From the sequence record OL856099: DNA of 64,000 bases; one strand, given 5' to 3'. The notes beneath the pieces were generated by a model. It had not been told where the DNA came from. It saw only the letters and a program-made list of their open reading frames with translations, and ran no database searches. The translations under genes and the position numbers were made by a program. Shown here piece by piece: positions 28,304 to 38,615 of the stretch (positions are counted from its first letter, which is position 1; each line of letters starts with the position of its first letter). Source of the DNA: Shigella phage CWP003.

Positions 28304-29164
28304 TTAAAACTCTTCTGCGTCGGTCGGAGTTTCATTGACAGGACCAGCGGCACCACTTGCTTCTTCCTGCTTGCTGCGGTCAATGTTAACGTTGCCGCCA
28401 ACCACGTCGTTGTGGAATGCTTTGGCGACTTCGTACAGGCCTTTGTCCTGCACCAGACCTTCCAGCTCAAACTTCAGGACGGACCAGGTGTTGCCGTCTT
28501 TGGACTGAGACGCAGTACCCATGCGAACGATGTTCATGAAGGTCGGCGGCGTTTTCAGGCCCTGCGGAGTCTGAACTTTCTTCTGCTGCAGAGCGGTCAT
28601 CAGCATGCGAGACGGCTTGATCATGGAAGAAGTCAGAGACAGCATTGCACTACCAAATTCACCAGTTTCTTCGTTCAACAGAATCACGAAGTGGTTACGT
28701 GTATCTGCGTAGTAAGGTGATTTCTTCTCGTGCACCTTGCCGTTTTCGTCTGGCACAAACACCTTACCGTTGATCTCAACAGCGCGGCCTGCCGCGACTT
28801 CTGCATCAACGTGCTCTTTGGTGAATTCACCTTTAAAGCCTTTATCGTCGGACTCGCGACCGCCCCAAAGGATGAAGGTGCGTTTGAATGCGCAAGGGAT
28901 GATCTGCACGCCCTTCTTGCCGTCATACAATTCACCAGTAACGGTGTTGTACAGCATACCAGCTTTTGCGCCAGGAACGTGTTTTGGATCATCTTCGTCG
29001 ACCATCGGAGACATCTTTTGCAGTACGACGATAAAAGGAATGGCATAAGCGTCGGCATCGGCACCTTCAAAACCAGCGCCAAAATCGGTCATATCGACAA
29101 AATCAGCCATAGCGGACATCTGGGTGTTTTTTGCTGCAACTTCGGTAGTTTCTTTCTTAGACAT
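28304..29164 (-). CDS. single-stranded DNA-binding protein-like
   Basis: acidic C-terminal tail ending TDAEEF (acidic tail with terminal Phe as in E. coli SSB and T7 gp2.5); in replication operon. Confidence 0.45.
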   Translation of the reverse strand: MSKKETTEVAAKNTQMSAMADFVDMTDFGAGFEGADADAYAIPFIVVLQKMSPMVDEDDPKHVPGAKAGMLYNTVTGELYDGKKGVQIIPCAFKRTFILWGGRESDDKGFKGEFTKEHVDAEVAAGRAVEINGKVFVPDENGKVHEKKSPYYADTRNHFVILLNEETGEFGSAMLSLTSSMIKPSRMLMTALQQKKVQTPQGLKTPPTFMNIVRMGTASQSKDGNTWSVLKFELEGLVQDKGLYEVAKAFHNDVVGGNVNIDRSKQEEASGAAGPVNETPTDAEEF

Positions 29165-29223
29165 TTGGTGTTTTCCTATAGTATCAAGTTTCGTGGCAAC
29201 CTGATTTCAAGATAAAGGTTAAA

Positions 29224-29781
29224 TTACTTTTTGCTTTTAGGCAAGGTTATTTTAGCTTCTTTATACTCAAAAACGCTAATATCTTCACTAACTGGATTAC
29301 CCGCTTCCAGCTGTTCTTTAACAAATGACTTCAGTGTAGCAGAATGAACGCCTTGTTTCAACGTGGCTTCAACACCGTCTTCACGCAGCGCGGCAACAAT
29401 CTCTTGCGCTTGCTCGATTTCTTCGCGACCGAACTCAGCCGTGACGCTGGACTTGATCAAGCCGCCGTAACCGTTGTTGACGAGCCAATCGAATACCTTC
29501 AATTCATTTTCTTTCTTGATTGAAGCATTTACTTTTGACTCGACCTTGATTTTGGTCTTGTCTTCAAGCTTGATTTCGGACACGCCAAGCTCATCCATGA
29601 CGCCAGGAAGCAGAACAGTTTTGATTTCACTGATGCGCTGCTTTTGCATATCAGCTTCATCTTCAAGCTCTGTCAAAGCTTCTTGGCGTTCTGCCAATTC
29701 CGATACTAAGCGCGCAAGGCGCTCTTGAATGCTCTCAGGAGCGACCTGCGGCAAATCATCTTCCCAATTAATATTGCTCAT
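29224..29781 (-). CDS. hypothetical protein (replication module)
   Basis: AGAAGGTAA RBS; coiled-coil-like N-terminus. Confidence 0.45.
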   Translation of the reverse strand: MSNINWEDDLPQVAPESIQERLARLVSELAERQEALTELEDEADMQKQRISEIKTVLLPGVMDELGVSEIKLEDKTKIKVESKVNASIKKENELKVFDWLVNNGYGGLIKSSVTAEFGREEIEQAQEIVAALREDGVEATLKQGVHSATLKSFVKEQLEAGNPVSEDISVFEYKEAKITLPKSKK

Positions 29782-30041
29782 ATTTTACCTTCTTGCATTA
29801 GCCCTTCAACACGGGTCATTTGATAACGTTCAGGTTTCCAAGCCGCCAAAGCCTTCTCAGCGCCTTTTAAAGTCTTATATGCCTTGATGCCAGGCATAAT
29901 TACGGTATTCACCCCAGCACCGTTGCCATAATCAAACTCTTTTACAACGCGGAACATGCCGTCAATTTCTTTGACCAAAAGACGTTTGAACGCGATTGCG
30001 CCAGTAGCTTCATTTTTGTAACGTTCAAGGATGCGTACCAT
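29778..30041 (-). CDS. hypothetical protein
   Basis: AGAGGA RBS; start overlaps downstream gene. Confidence 0.4.
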   Translation of the reverse strand: MVRILERYKNEATGAIAFKRLLVKEIDGMFRVVKEFDYGNGAGVNTVIMPGIKAYKTLKGAEKALAAWKPERYQMTRVEGLMQEGKI

Positions 30042-30115
30042 TTTGTATTCCTCTATTTCGTTTCGATGAAGTAATTATGACTCATCTTCCGTGACAAGTC
30101 AAATTATTTTTGATA

Positions 30116-31639
30116 TTAATTCATCTTTTTGCCGTCGAGGATGTGATCAGCAAGCATTGACTTCATACTGAGTGAACGCTGAATTTCTTCGTCGATGGTA
30201 TCAACACCAATAAAATCAACATACAACACGCTTGATTTGGTGCCGATGCGGTGATTTCGGTCTTCGGATTGTTTGCGCAGCTCGTTGTCGTAGTTGCAAG
30301 AATAATAAATTGCCAAGTCAGCGGCGGTAAGCGTGATGCCGATGCCTGCCGCTGCAGCGTGGCAAACCAATACCTGTGTTCCACCATTCGCGACTGTGTT
30401 CTTCTGGAAGTCATCAATTAAGAACTCGCGCTGCTCTTTGGACGTTTCACCGTTGTATACACCAGTGACCACGCCTTCAGACTCAAGCCAGTCCTTAATC
30501 TGGTTCATCTCTTCCTTAAAGATGGCCCAAACGATGAATTTGCGCTCTGGGTCGTCTTCCAGCACCCCTTCCACATAATCCTTAAAGGCCGTGAATCGTG
30601 GGTTGTCTTCCATGTAGACCATCTCATCATACACCTTAACAAAACCGGATGTCACCTGCTTCATCTTAGTGCGCGACGCGATCATCTCAAACTTGACGTT
30701 TTCTTCTTCGCCCTTGTATTCCATCAAATAGTTGTACTCATTCTTGAGTTCATCGTAAACATCGCGTTGTTTAGGCGACAACTCGAAGTCAATAAACTTG
30801 TACACCTTCTCTGGAAGGTCAGGCAAGTATTCTGCTTTTGTTGCACGAAAATAGTGCGGTTCCATCAGCCGGATAAGCTTGTCAAGGTTCTTGTACATCG
30901 GTCGGCCAAACTGGTCTTTGCGCGGCACTTGCGGAATCCCATAGCCATTGCCGCCGATTTTCTTGAGGATGGCTTGCATCTCTGGGTCGTGCGCTTCAAG
31001 CAGCACAGTGAATTCAGAGTTAAAGGCACGGAATGATTTGGTGCCGAGCAATCCTGCTTCAAGGAAGTGGTATTGCATGTAAATATCCGCAGGCGAGCGC
31101 GGCAACGGCGTGCCAGAAAGGATTCGACGGGCCTTTGCCAGCCGTCCCAATTCCACAACCTTGATGGAGCGTTTGGCTGTGTTATTCTTGATGCGCGTTG
31201 ATTCGTCGATGATCATCAGGCAGCGGTACTTCTTCAAGACCGACTCGATGTGTTGATAACCGACTGGTGTGTTGACAGTATCGATGTTGAATGAGAAGAT
31301 GCGCGCAGGCACTTCGCCTTCGGGGTAGTGATCAGCAAACATCTTCTCCCAAAGCGCCTTGCCCTTTTTAGTTTTCATCTTGTCGTTGCCGCGCCAGTAG
31401 TGCCCAATCCACTTGATGGAAAGGTGCTCTGGCGCTTCACGACGAATCCAGTTTGAGTGGACACCGTTTGGAGCGATGACTACCATGGCATCGAACGCGC
31501 CAGCGGTGAAGTGCTTTTCAAACTCTGCCAAAGCGGTCCAAGTTTTACCAAGACCCTGTTCCATGAAATAGGCAAAGTATTTTCTGCGGCCTGCTTTATC
31601 AAGCGCCAGAAGCTGGTGGCGCATCCCTTGTGTTTTCAT
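30116..31639 (-). CDS. SNF2-family helicase
   Basis: helicase motifs including GLGKT-like P-loop and MIIDESTRIKN (DExx box); C-terminal helicase domain. Confidence 0.6.
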   Translation of the reverse strand: MKTQGMRHQLLALDKAGRRKYFAYFMEQGLGKTWTALAEFEKHFTAGAFDAMVVIAPNGVHSNWIRREAPEHLSIKWIGHYWRGNDKMKTKKGKALWEKMFADHYPEGEVPARIFSFNIDTVNTPVGYQHIESVLKKYRCLMIIDESTRIKNNTAKRSIKVVELGRLAKARRILSGTPLPRSPADIYMQYHFLEAGLLGTKSFRAFNSEFTVLLEAHDPEMQAILKKIGGNGYGIPQVPRKDQFGRPMYKNLDKLIRLMEPHYFRATKAEYLPDLPEKVYKFIDFELSPKQRDVYDELKNEYNYLMEYKGEEENVKFEMIASRTKMKQVTSGFVKVYDEMVYMEDNPRFTAFKDYVEGVLEDDPERKFIVWAIFKEEMNQIKDWLESEGVVTGVYNGETSKEQREFLIDDFQKNTVANGGTQVLVCHAAAAGIGITLTAADLAIYYSCNYDNELRKQSEDRNHRIGTKSSVLYVDFIGVDTIDEEIQRSLSMKSMLADHILDGKKMN

Positions 31640-32058
31640 GACAATTCCTCTAAATACTTGATGATGTGATGAATAGTGCCCTTCACGATTATCTCACGTT
31701 GAACGTCTGCAATATTATAACGCTTTAATTCAATCGAAGGGTGGACTAAATAAAACATCTTCTCAGAATCGACTTTAAGCAAAACAAATGATGGGTATTT
31801 CCAATCATTCCACGAAGAAAGAAAGCTGCACTGACCTTTCTCAAATGCATTTCTGAAAGGTGCAGTGGTGGCCCTTGCAGGCCACGATTCAAAGAACTTC
31901 ATTTCAAGCCAAAAGCCGCGCCCTTTCCGGTTGGTGCCGATTACGTCCGGCACACCATCACCCGTCATTGATTCGATTCTTTGAAGCTTCAAGATTGATT
32001 CTGAATGCTTCTTCAAAGGCACGAATATGTATTTCTGTTCACGGTTATTTGTTGCCAT
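31636..32058 (-). CDS. VRR-NUC-like PD-(D/E)xK nuclease
   Basis: PDVIGTNRKGRGFWLEMK fits the PD...E.K nuclease motif; adjacent to SNF2 helicase. Confidence 0.5.
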   Translation of the reverse strand: MATNNREQKYIFVPLKKHSESILKLQRIESMTGDGVPDVIGTNRKGRGFWLEMKFFESWPARATTAPFRNAFEKGQCSFLSSWNDWKYPSFVLLKVDSEKMFYLVHPSIELKRYNIADVQREIIVKGTIHHIIKYLEELS

Positions 32059-34942
32059 CTGGATACACCTGTTTGATCACGTCGACGATAAACATGTCAA
32101 TACCTTCAAGCTTGCGGCCTTTCATCAGAAAGAATGCGCCGTTCCCGACGTTCTCTGCAATGTACTTACCGTATTTCTGGAACTTCTCTGGGCGAATCCT
32201 GAAGCGCATTGGCGAGTCGGTCGAATCGTCCTTGCACATAAGGTCAATGAACTGAGTCTCAAGCTTGTTTCCATACTGGTCAAACTCTGCGTAGCGGCCA
32301 TCAGCTTGAAGACCCTTTTTAAGTTTGCCGTGCTTTGTATAAATGCCGCGCTCAAGACGTTTACGGATGCGTGTCGCTTCGTTCTCGTCAGCCAGCACTT
32401 TCTTGGTCAACTTGCCGATTACTATTGCACGCTCGTCATCGCCGACTTCCTTCATCTGGCGTATTGAAGCACCGGAAGTAACGCCAATCAGATAGGGGTC
32501 ATTATACGCCCAGCCAAACTTGGTGTGCATCTCTGTAAGGTCGCCGTATTTGACTTCAGCATTGGCCAATGCATCCTTTTGTTTTTGCGTTAAGGTTCCG
32601 GCTTCACGCGCTTCGATGTACTTCATCGCCTTCACCATTCCGTACCCTTTGGCATTCATTATGCCGCCGATTAGCTTTCCGTTAGCGATGGTCCAGTTCA
32701 TTGAAGAGTGATCAGGGTCGATTGGCACATAATCCACGCCTTCCTTTGCAAGTTCACGTAATATCGCAATCGTCTGGTCTTCGTCCTTAGCAGCGCGTAA
32801 GCAAGCAGCGGCAAATTCCAACGGGTAGTGTCGTTTAAGCCACAAGGTCCAGTAAGTCACGACCGCGTATGACACGGAGTGTGACTTGTTAAAGCCCCAT
32901 GACCCGAACGTCGCCATCGCCTGCCAAAGCTTTCTTGCATCCGCTTCCGGTACGCCGTTATTTATTGCGCCTGCAACGAAGTCTTCGCCAAGCTTGTTAA
33001 AGTATTCCTCACCCTTACGACCTGACATCGCCTTACGCACAGCTGACGTTTTCGCCCAGTCGAATGAACCAATCTCTTTAACCACGGCCATGATTTGCTC
33101 TTGGTAAAGAAACACGCCATAAGTCTCTTTTAAGTACGGCTCAAGCTGCGGCACGTCGTACTCAATCGGCGCACGTCCTGCCGCGCGTTCAATGTATTTC
33201 TGGGCCATACCGGACGACAACGGGCCAGGTCGGCCAAGTGCTGTCAGGTTATCGATTTTGTTAAAGTTATCAACGTGCACAAAGTTGGTCACTGAGCGTA
33301 CAGCGTCGCCTTCAAACTGGAAGATGCCTGACATCTTGTTTTCGTTAAGGATGTCAAGGACGCTTTGGTCATCAAGCTTGATTCCGTACAGCGTTTCAGC
33401 ATCTATCACGCCAGTATCAGAAATGATTCCGAGGGTGCGAAGACCCAATGCATCAAGCTTCAAAAGGTTAAGGTATTCGCTGTCAGGCTTATCAATTTGT
33501 GCAATCCCTTCCGCCGTTACCGTACAGTAATCAGAGATTGGGTCATTACAAACGATGATTCCCGCTGCGTGAACGCCAGTGTGGGAAGGGTGAATCTCAA
33601 GGTCACCCATGCATCGCGCGGCATCGGGATATTTAGCCACAAACTCTTGGCCCGTGGTCGTTGTTGCAAAGGTGTCCTCCAGGCCGTGGCCATAACGGGC
33701 GTCACCGGATGAGTATTCAAGCAATGCGTTTTTAATGTTGGCCGTTTCGTGATATCCAATGTTGAATTTCTTACCAACCTGAGCCATTACTGAGTTGGCC
33801 TTAAGCGTGTTGATGTTGCCAAGTTTTGCAACGTTCATTTCGCCGTATTTTTCTTTAAGGTAATCAAACACCATATAGCGTTTGGTATCCTCAAAGTCAA
33901 TATCAATATCAGGAAGGTCTGCGCGGCTTACGTCAATGAATCGGGCAAACAGTAGCTTATACGGGATTGGGTCGACCTCCGTGATGCCGAGGCAATAACA
34001 AACCAGTGAACCAGCCGATGAGCCGCGAGCGGGTCCGACGAGCATTTTTGTTTTTGCGAATCGTACAAGGTCCGCTACCACCAGAAAGTATGAGTCGAAA
34101 TCTTTCAGCTGAATCTGGTGAATCTCTTCGTTGAATCGGTCCTCATATTCCTGAGTCCATTCTTTGATGTGACCTGCCTTAAGGCGGTACTCCATCCCCT
34201 CACGAGCAAGCTTTACCATGTCACCAGCAAGGTGGATAATCGGTGCCTTGCGCAGCTTCAGGTCAAGCCCAACGATTCCATTTGCAATATCAACCGCATT
34301 GGCCGTTGCTTGATTCAACTCGTCTTCGGTCAGGATTCCTTTAAGCTGTTTGCGCAAGTCTTCCGCGTCAACGATGCAGTGCGGCTTAACCGTGTCTCGA
34401 ACTTCCCATGCATAAGCAAAGTCAACGTGCTCAGGTGAAGGCATGTGGTTGTATCCGGTTAAAACCAGCGGCCTTCCGTTGCTGCGGTGAGCCAATACCT
34501 GGCGCTTGGCCAAAAGGAACGATGATGGGTTGACGTCTATATAATCATAGTCCTCTGGCCGCAGCAGCTCCACGGCCCCGCCACAGAATTTAACGACGCC
34601 ATCGAGCGCCCCGAACTCTGCACGGGTCAGTCCGCCGCGCTGTGTTGCAAGCGTGGTCGCGTTGTAAAAGGATTTCAGGTCAAGCGCCAATATCCAAGCC
34701 TTCGGTTTGAATCCCTTTTTCGGGTCCGCATCAGGGTCAATGATTGGAATCTCCATACCGAACATAGGCTTGATATCATTCTTCTGACATTCCTTTTCCC
34801 ATCGAACGTGACCCCATGTATTGTTATCAACTAATGCCGCGACTTCGCAGCCCAACTCTTTGAGCCGTGCTATAATTTCAGGATGCCGTCCATATACTTC
34901 TTTGAACGTGTAACCGCTGCGAACTCTCAATTGTGGAAACAT
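32045..34942 (-). CDS. dnaE: DNA polymerase III alpha subunit-like replicase
   Basis: 965 aa; N-terminal PHP-like QLRVRSGYT; large polymerase-sized ORF beside a proofreading exonuclease. Confidence 0.75.
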   Translation of the reverse strand: MFPQLRVRSGYTFKEVYGRHPEIIARLKELGCEVAALVDNNTWGHVRWEKECQKNDIKPMFGMEIPIIDPDADPKKGFKPKAWILALDLKSFYNATTLATQRGGLTRAEFGALDGVVKFCGGAVELLRPEDYDYIDVNPSSFLLAKRQVLAHRSNGRPLVLTGYNHMPSPEHVDFAYAWEVRDTVKPHCIVDAEDLRKQLKGILTEDELNQATANAVDIANGIVGLDLKLRKAPIIHLAGDMVKLAREGMEYRLKAGHIKEWTQEYEDRFNEEIHQIQLKDFDSYFLVVADLVRFAKTKMLVGPARGSSAGSLVCYCLGITEVDPIPYKLLFARFIDVSRADLPDIDIDFEDTKRYMVFDYLKEKYGEMNVAKLGNINTLKANSVMAQVGKKFNIGYHETANIKNALLEYSSGDARYGHGLEDTFATTTTGQEFVAKYPDAARCMGDLEIHPSHTGVHAAGIIVCNDPISDYCTVTAEGIAQIDKPDSEYLNLLKLDALGLRTLGIISDTGVIDAETLYGIKLDDQSVLDILNENKMSGIFQFEGDAVRSVTNFVHVDNFNKIDNLTALGRPGPLSSGMAQKYIERAAGRAPIEYDVPQLEPYLKETYGVFLYQEQIMAVVKEIGSFDWAKTSAVRKAMSGRKGEEYFNKLGEDFVAGAINNGVPEADARKLWQAMATFGSWGFNKSHSVSYAVVTYWTLWLKRHYPLEFAAACLRAAKDEDQTIAILRELAKEGVDYVPIDPDHSSMNWTIANGKLIGGIMNAKGYGMVKAMKYIEAREAGTLTQKQKDALANAEVKYGDLTEMHTKFGWAYNDPYLIGVTSGASIRQMKEVGDDERAIVIGKLTKKVLADENEATRIRKRLERGIYTKHGKLKKGLQADGRYAEFDQYGNKLETQFIDLMCKDDSTDSPMRFRIRPEKFQKYGKYIAENVGNGAFFLMKGRKLEGIDMFIVDVIKQVYPDGNK

Positions 34943-35484
34943 TATTTACTCCAGATGTCATATACGCCAATTTGTTGGCAGACTTTGTGCAGTAATATTA
35001 CGTCGTCTAATGCACGGTGTTTCTGTTCATATTTTCCGAAATATAATTCATACAGCTCTTGAAGCTTAACTCTTCGGCCAAAAATAGGCAAGGTTTGCTC
35101 GACTGTACAAATGTTTATTTCTGGAAAATTAACATCACCAAGTGTAAGACCTTCGCGCTGTAGTGCATAATCAAGAATGTTCTTATCGAACGCATGGTTG
35201 TGCGCGATAGTTGCATCAGTCTTCTTGAAGATTTCTTTTAGCTGCGGAACGAAATGGATGAATGGTGGATTGCACTCAAGGTCTTCATTTGTTAATCCGG
35301 TAATCTTTGTGATGATTTCTTCAATCACAATTTCAGGATTAATTATGAACTCGAAAGTTTCAAGAATCTCTTTTCCATCCGTCAACAGGCCTGCAAATTC
35401 AATAGGGCGCGGCTGCATCCCAAGCGGCGCTTTCGGGTGCACGGTTAATCCGGTTGTTTCGAAGTCATAAGGGAGAAATAACAC
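34942..35484 (-). CDS. DnaQ-like 3'-5' exonuclease (DEDDh)
   Basis: GTG start after GGAGG; Exo I motif LPYDFETTGL, Exo III-like HNHAFD. Confidence 0.65.
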   Translation of the reverse strand: MLFLPYDFETTGLTVHPKAPLGMQPRPIEFAGLLTDGKEILETFEFIINPEIVIEEIITKITGLTNEDLECNPPFIHFVPQLKEIFKKTDATIAHNHAFDKNILDYALQREGLTLGDVNFPEINICTVEQTLPIFGRRVKLQELYELYFGKYEQKHRALDDVILLHKVCQQIGVYDIWSK

Positions 35485-35538
35485 ATTAGCCTCCTACAAA
35501 AAGGCCGCCCATTAGGACGGCCACAGATTCACGATTCG

Positions 35539-36090
35539 TTATACAGTGTACGGAGTACCGTCTTGATTCAACCGCACGATGAACTTAAGGTCGACACCAA
35601 TGATTTCACGCGTATCAAAGATCACATAGTTGTAACGACGCTGACCAGCAATGTTTGGGTTGGTGTGAGAGTCGGTCACAACTTCCTGCGCAACCTGAAT
35701 GCCTTCTTCTTTAAAGAACTTGCGCCATTCAGCAAGTTCAGCGGCAGTCACGTGCATACCAAGATGGCTAACCTGATTGTCGTGCGCATCGATGTATTCG
35801 ATGTTTTCGTGAATCCAGTTGCAACCTTTTGTATAGTCAAGAATTTCAAGCTCAAGAGGCTTACCAGCTCCGCCATCGGTGCCGTTGCCAGCCTGATAGT
35901 TGAAGCGCAAGTCAGCTTCGTTGGTGCAATCGCCGCGCTGACCCTTAAAGACATCAGCTTCAAATACGCGACCAGTAGCAACAACGTGATCATGGAACCA
36001 TTCTGTCAGGCCGATTTTAGCCAGGAAATTCTGTGCGCGCTGAGCACCTGGAATTGACAGGGCGATTTGTTCAATTTTAAAATGTGGCAT
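35539..36090 (-). CDS. hypothetical protein, possibly VOC/glyoxalase-like
   Basis: AAGGAAA RBS; weak resemblance only. Confidence 0.3.
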   Translation of the reverse strand: MPHFKIEQIALSIPGAQRAQNFLAKIGLTEWFHDHVVATGRVFEADVFKGQRGDCTNEADLRFNYQAGNGTDGGAGKPLELEILDYTKGCNWIHENIEYIDAHDNQVSHLGMHVTAAELAEWRKFFKEEGIQVAQEVVTDSHTNPNIAGQRRYNYVIFDTREIIGVDLKFIVRLNQDGTPYTV

Positions 36091-36180
36091 TTTGTTTCCT
36101 TAATTAAATATTATTGATTAATTACTGTGTTGTCTTCGTCCTGTTTTTCAGGAGCAGCGACAACTTCAAATGTTCTTGAT

Positions 36181-36864
36181 TTATTTACCAAATGGAATAT
36201 CAGTACCAGACATAAAGCGCCATGCGCCCGTAATTAAGATATGGCGAATGAAGTCAGCAATTACTTGCGGCTCAGTCTCCAATCCATTCATCAGCGCCTT
36301 TTTCTGGTATTCAGCAGCATACTCAGGAGTCCAGCCGCGAGTCGCGCAAACAGCATCTTCAATCTGTTTGGACATGCCAGTACCACGTAGCTTGTTAGGA
36401 CTAATAGAGAATACCGTGATCCCGTATTTAGGCGTAAGCTCGTGAGCCATCTGCTTGCTAATCATGAGCGCAGCAGCCTTGGAAGCATTATAACACAAGC
36501 TGGACGTCATAGGAATATGCGCAGCGTTGGAAACGATGTTGATCACAAAACCTTTGTTGTCAATAAGACTTTTCAGCGCGGCCTGAGTCGTGTTGACGAA
36601 AGAGAAGGCGTTGGTGTGCATAACGCGATTGAACTCTTCGTAGTTAACATCTTCGAACCAGTTGTTGGAGTTGACGCCAGCGCAGTTGATCAAGCCTTCT
36701 ACGTCGTATTGAGAGAGAAGCTCTTTCATCTGTTTCGCGTTACGGATGTCATAGCCGTTCTCCAAATCAATACCGACAACTTCATGACCGTAAGCGCCAA
36801 GGGTGTCAAAAATGGATTTACCAAGACCGGAATTGCAGCCAGTTACAACAATTACTTTTTTCAT
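36181..36864 (-). CDS. short-chain dehydrogenase/reductase (SDR)
   Basis: N-terminal VVTGCNSGLGKS (TGxxxGxG) and catalytic YNASKAA (YxxxK). Confidence 0.7.
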   Translation of the reverse strand: MKKVIVVTGCNSGLGKSIFDTLGAYGHEVVGIDLENGYDIRNAKQMKELLSQYDVEGLINCAGVNSNNWFEDVNYEEFNRVMHTNAFSFVNTTQAALKSLIDNKGFVINIVSNAAHIPMTSSLCYNASKAAALMISKQMAHELTPKYGITVFSISPNKLRGTGMSKQIEDAVCATRGWTPEYAAEYQKKALMNGLETEPQVIADFIRHILITGAWRFMSGTDIPFGK

Positions 36865-36929
36865 TTATTTATCCTTTTTGGACTTCGTTTCGATGAGATA
36901 AATATAACTCATCGAAACGCACAAGTAAA

Positions 36930-37802
36930 CTATTTATTGAAATTAATATTATGGGTGTTGACAAGACGTTCACACATGGCGCTGTAAACACCATCATCGT
37001 GTATTGAGTCTTCGTGCTTCAGGCCGCTGATTGCGAAGCGTGTAAGCTTGACAATCTTAAGCTCGAACAGATGCCACATGTGGTAGTCTTCCGGCGTTTT
37101 CAACGTCACGCCATTAGGGAAAAGCACCTGCATAACCTGACCTACCATCACAGCGTTATCGCCATAGACCGCGTTGCGCTCACGGAAGGTTGCTGCCATC
37201 GCATCAAGAATATCGGCGGCAGTTGCCGGAGATTGTTCAACTTCCACAGCCTTAGTCTCTTCTTGCCCTGTTGCACTTGGATCAATTGCTAATTGTTGCA
37301 CCACTTCACCTGCCTTGCAAAGATTAAATGTAAAAGCGATTTTATTTTGAGCAACGGAATTATAATACAATGCTTCATCTTGCATCCGCGCGAGTACGTC
37401 TTGTCGGTCGTCGAATACATTGATGATTCGATAATCGCCGTGCCGCAATGCGTGCGACAGCCATGCAGATTTCATAATAGTTGATGGACGTTTGTCGCCA
37501 TAGTCTCTCATCTTGATTGTAAATTCATCAAAAGGGAAAACATTGTCCAGACGTTCAAAAGTCACTTGTCTGTATTTTTCTGGCCTTGCAGTCCAATATT
37601 CAACCGCCTCACCGCGAAGAGAGGCCGACTCTACTGCTGATGCAATGTGAGGATAGAACTGATCATAACCAATACCGCTGTGATAATCATCATAGTCTGA
37701 CAACGGACCTGCCACCTTGATGCGGTCTAAGCGCCAACGGTCATCAAACAGCGTTCCGTCAAGGTCGAATACGTTTAAGATTTCGCTGTTTTTAATGCTC
37801 AT
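36930..37802 (-). CDS. HAD-superfamily phosphatase-domain protein
   Basis: HAD motif I VFDLDGTLFDD near N-terminus; C-terminal half unassigned. Confidence 0.55.
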   Translation of the reverse strand: MSIKNSEILNVFDLDGTLFDDRWRLDRIKVAGPLSDYDDYHSGIGYDQFYPHIASAVESASLRGEAVEYWTARPEKYRQVTFERLDNVFPFDEFTIKMRDYGDKRPSTIMKSAWLSHALRHGDYRIINVFDDRQDVLARMQDEALYYNSVAQNKIAFTFNLCKAGEVVQQLAIDPSATGQEETKAVEVEQSPATAADILDAMAATFRERNAVYGDNAVMVGQVMQVLFPNGVTLKTPEDYHMWHLFELKIVKLTRFAISGLKHEDSIHDDGVYSAMCERLVNTHNINFNK

Positions 37803-38602
37803 CCTTTTGATACTCCATCTTTAGCAACTGGATTGTTGGTGATTGGCATCGCACTCCAAAACTGGATGCGCAACTCTTCTTGCTGTGCCGTGGTATCCAT
37901 CCAATCACGATACCAAGGGCAATGGGCTTTACCGTGACGAGGAAATGCGCACTTACCCATACCAATGCATTGCGGCTGCAGTAATGGATTCGCCCAAGGG
38001 TGCACCTTGAGGACTTCCGCAACCATTGCGCGGAATACTTCTTGATACTCTCCTTGCGTGCGCGTGCACAAGCGGTTTGACGCCATCTGCTGCAGCGTGC
38101 GCAAGTTGAACTTTGCCATGATATGCGTTTGCATATTAGAAGGCAACACGGCACGTGCATCTTGAATCTCTGCGCCAGCCGCGCGAAGCTCTTGATACAA
38201 AGCGTCGATAGTCGCCATCGCATCATCCCACTTCTCTGCCAGTTCAGCTGCCTTCTCGTCATGGCGAGTCCATCCCTTTGGATCATCCTCTGGGTAAGTG
38301 AATTTAGCAGGACGAATCGCATCAAATGCAGACGACTCCTGAGCGCGGCTGGTGCGTTCTTGATATGCGCCTGTGCGTGTGCGTACCATCTGATGGGTCA
38401 TGTTCTTTGATACAGCTGTGATATCAAAGATATAGTCCACAAAGTCAAAAGGCGACTTGATTGTATCAAGCATGTAGCGCCAATGCTCTTGCTTCTCTGA
38501 TTCCGTCATCTCAGAGACAGGCTTACCAGTCATGCGCGTGTTCTTTGTTTCCAGCAAAAGGTCAAGTGCATCTTGGGTGTATCGAATTAATTCAACTTTC
38601 AT
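37799..38602 (-). CDS. thyX: ThyX-like (flavin-dependent thymidylate synthase family) protein with variant motif
   Basis: SPFDFVDYIFDI...HQMVRTRTGAYQERTSR parallels the ThyX SPFEH...HQLVRHR...S.RY region, with Thr in place of the motif His. Confidence 0.5.
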   Translation of the reverse strand: MKVELIRYTQDALDLLLETKNTRMTGKPVSEMTESEKQEHWRYMLDTIKSPFDFVDYIFDITAVSKNMTHQMVRTRTGAYQERTSRAQESSAFDAIRPAKFTYPEDDPKGWTRHDEKAAELAEKWDDAMATIDALYQELRAAGAEIQDARAVLPSNMQTHIMAKFNLRTLQQMASNRLCTRTQGEYQEVFRAMVAEVLKVHPWANPLLQPQCIGMGKCAFPRHGKAHCPWYRDWMDTTAQQEELRIQFWSAMPITNNPVAKDGVSKG

Positions 38603-38615
38603 TTTAATTGTCCTA

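Noticed and set aside
37792-38325. 177-aa alternative-frame ORF overlapping the ThyX-like gene
   Set aside because: Same strand, different frame, Arg/Cys-rich translation typical of an out-of-frame artefact; the ThyX-like frame carries the recognisable motifs
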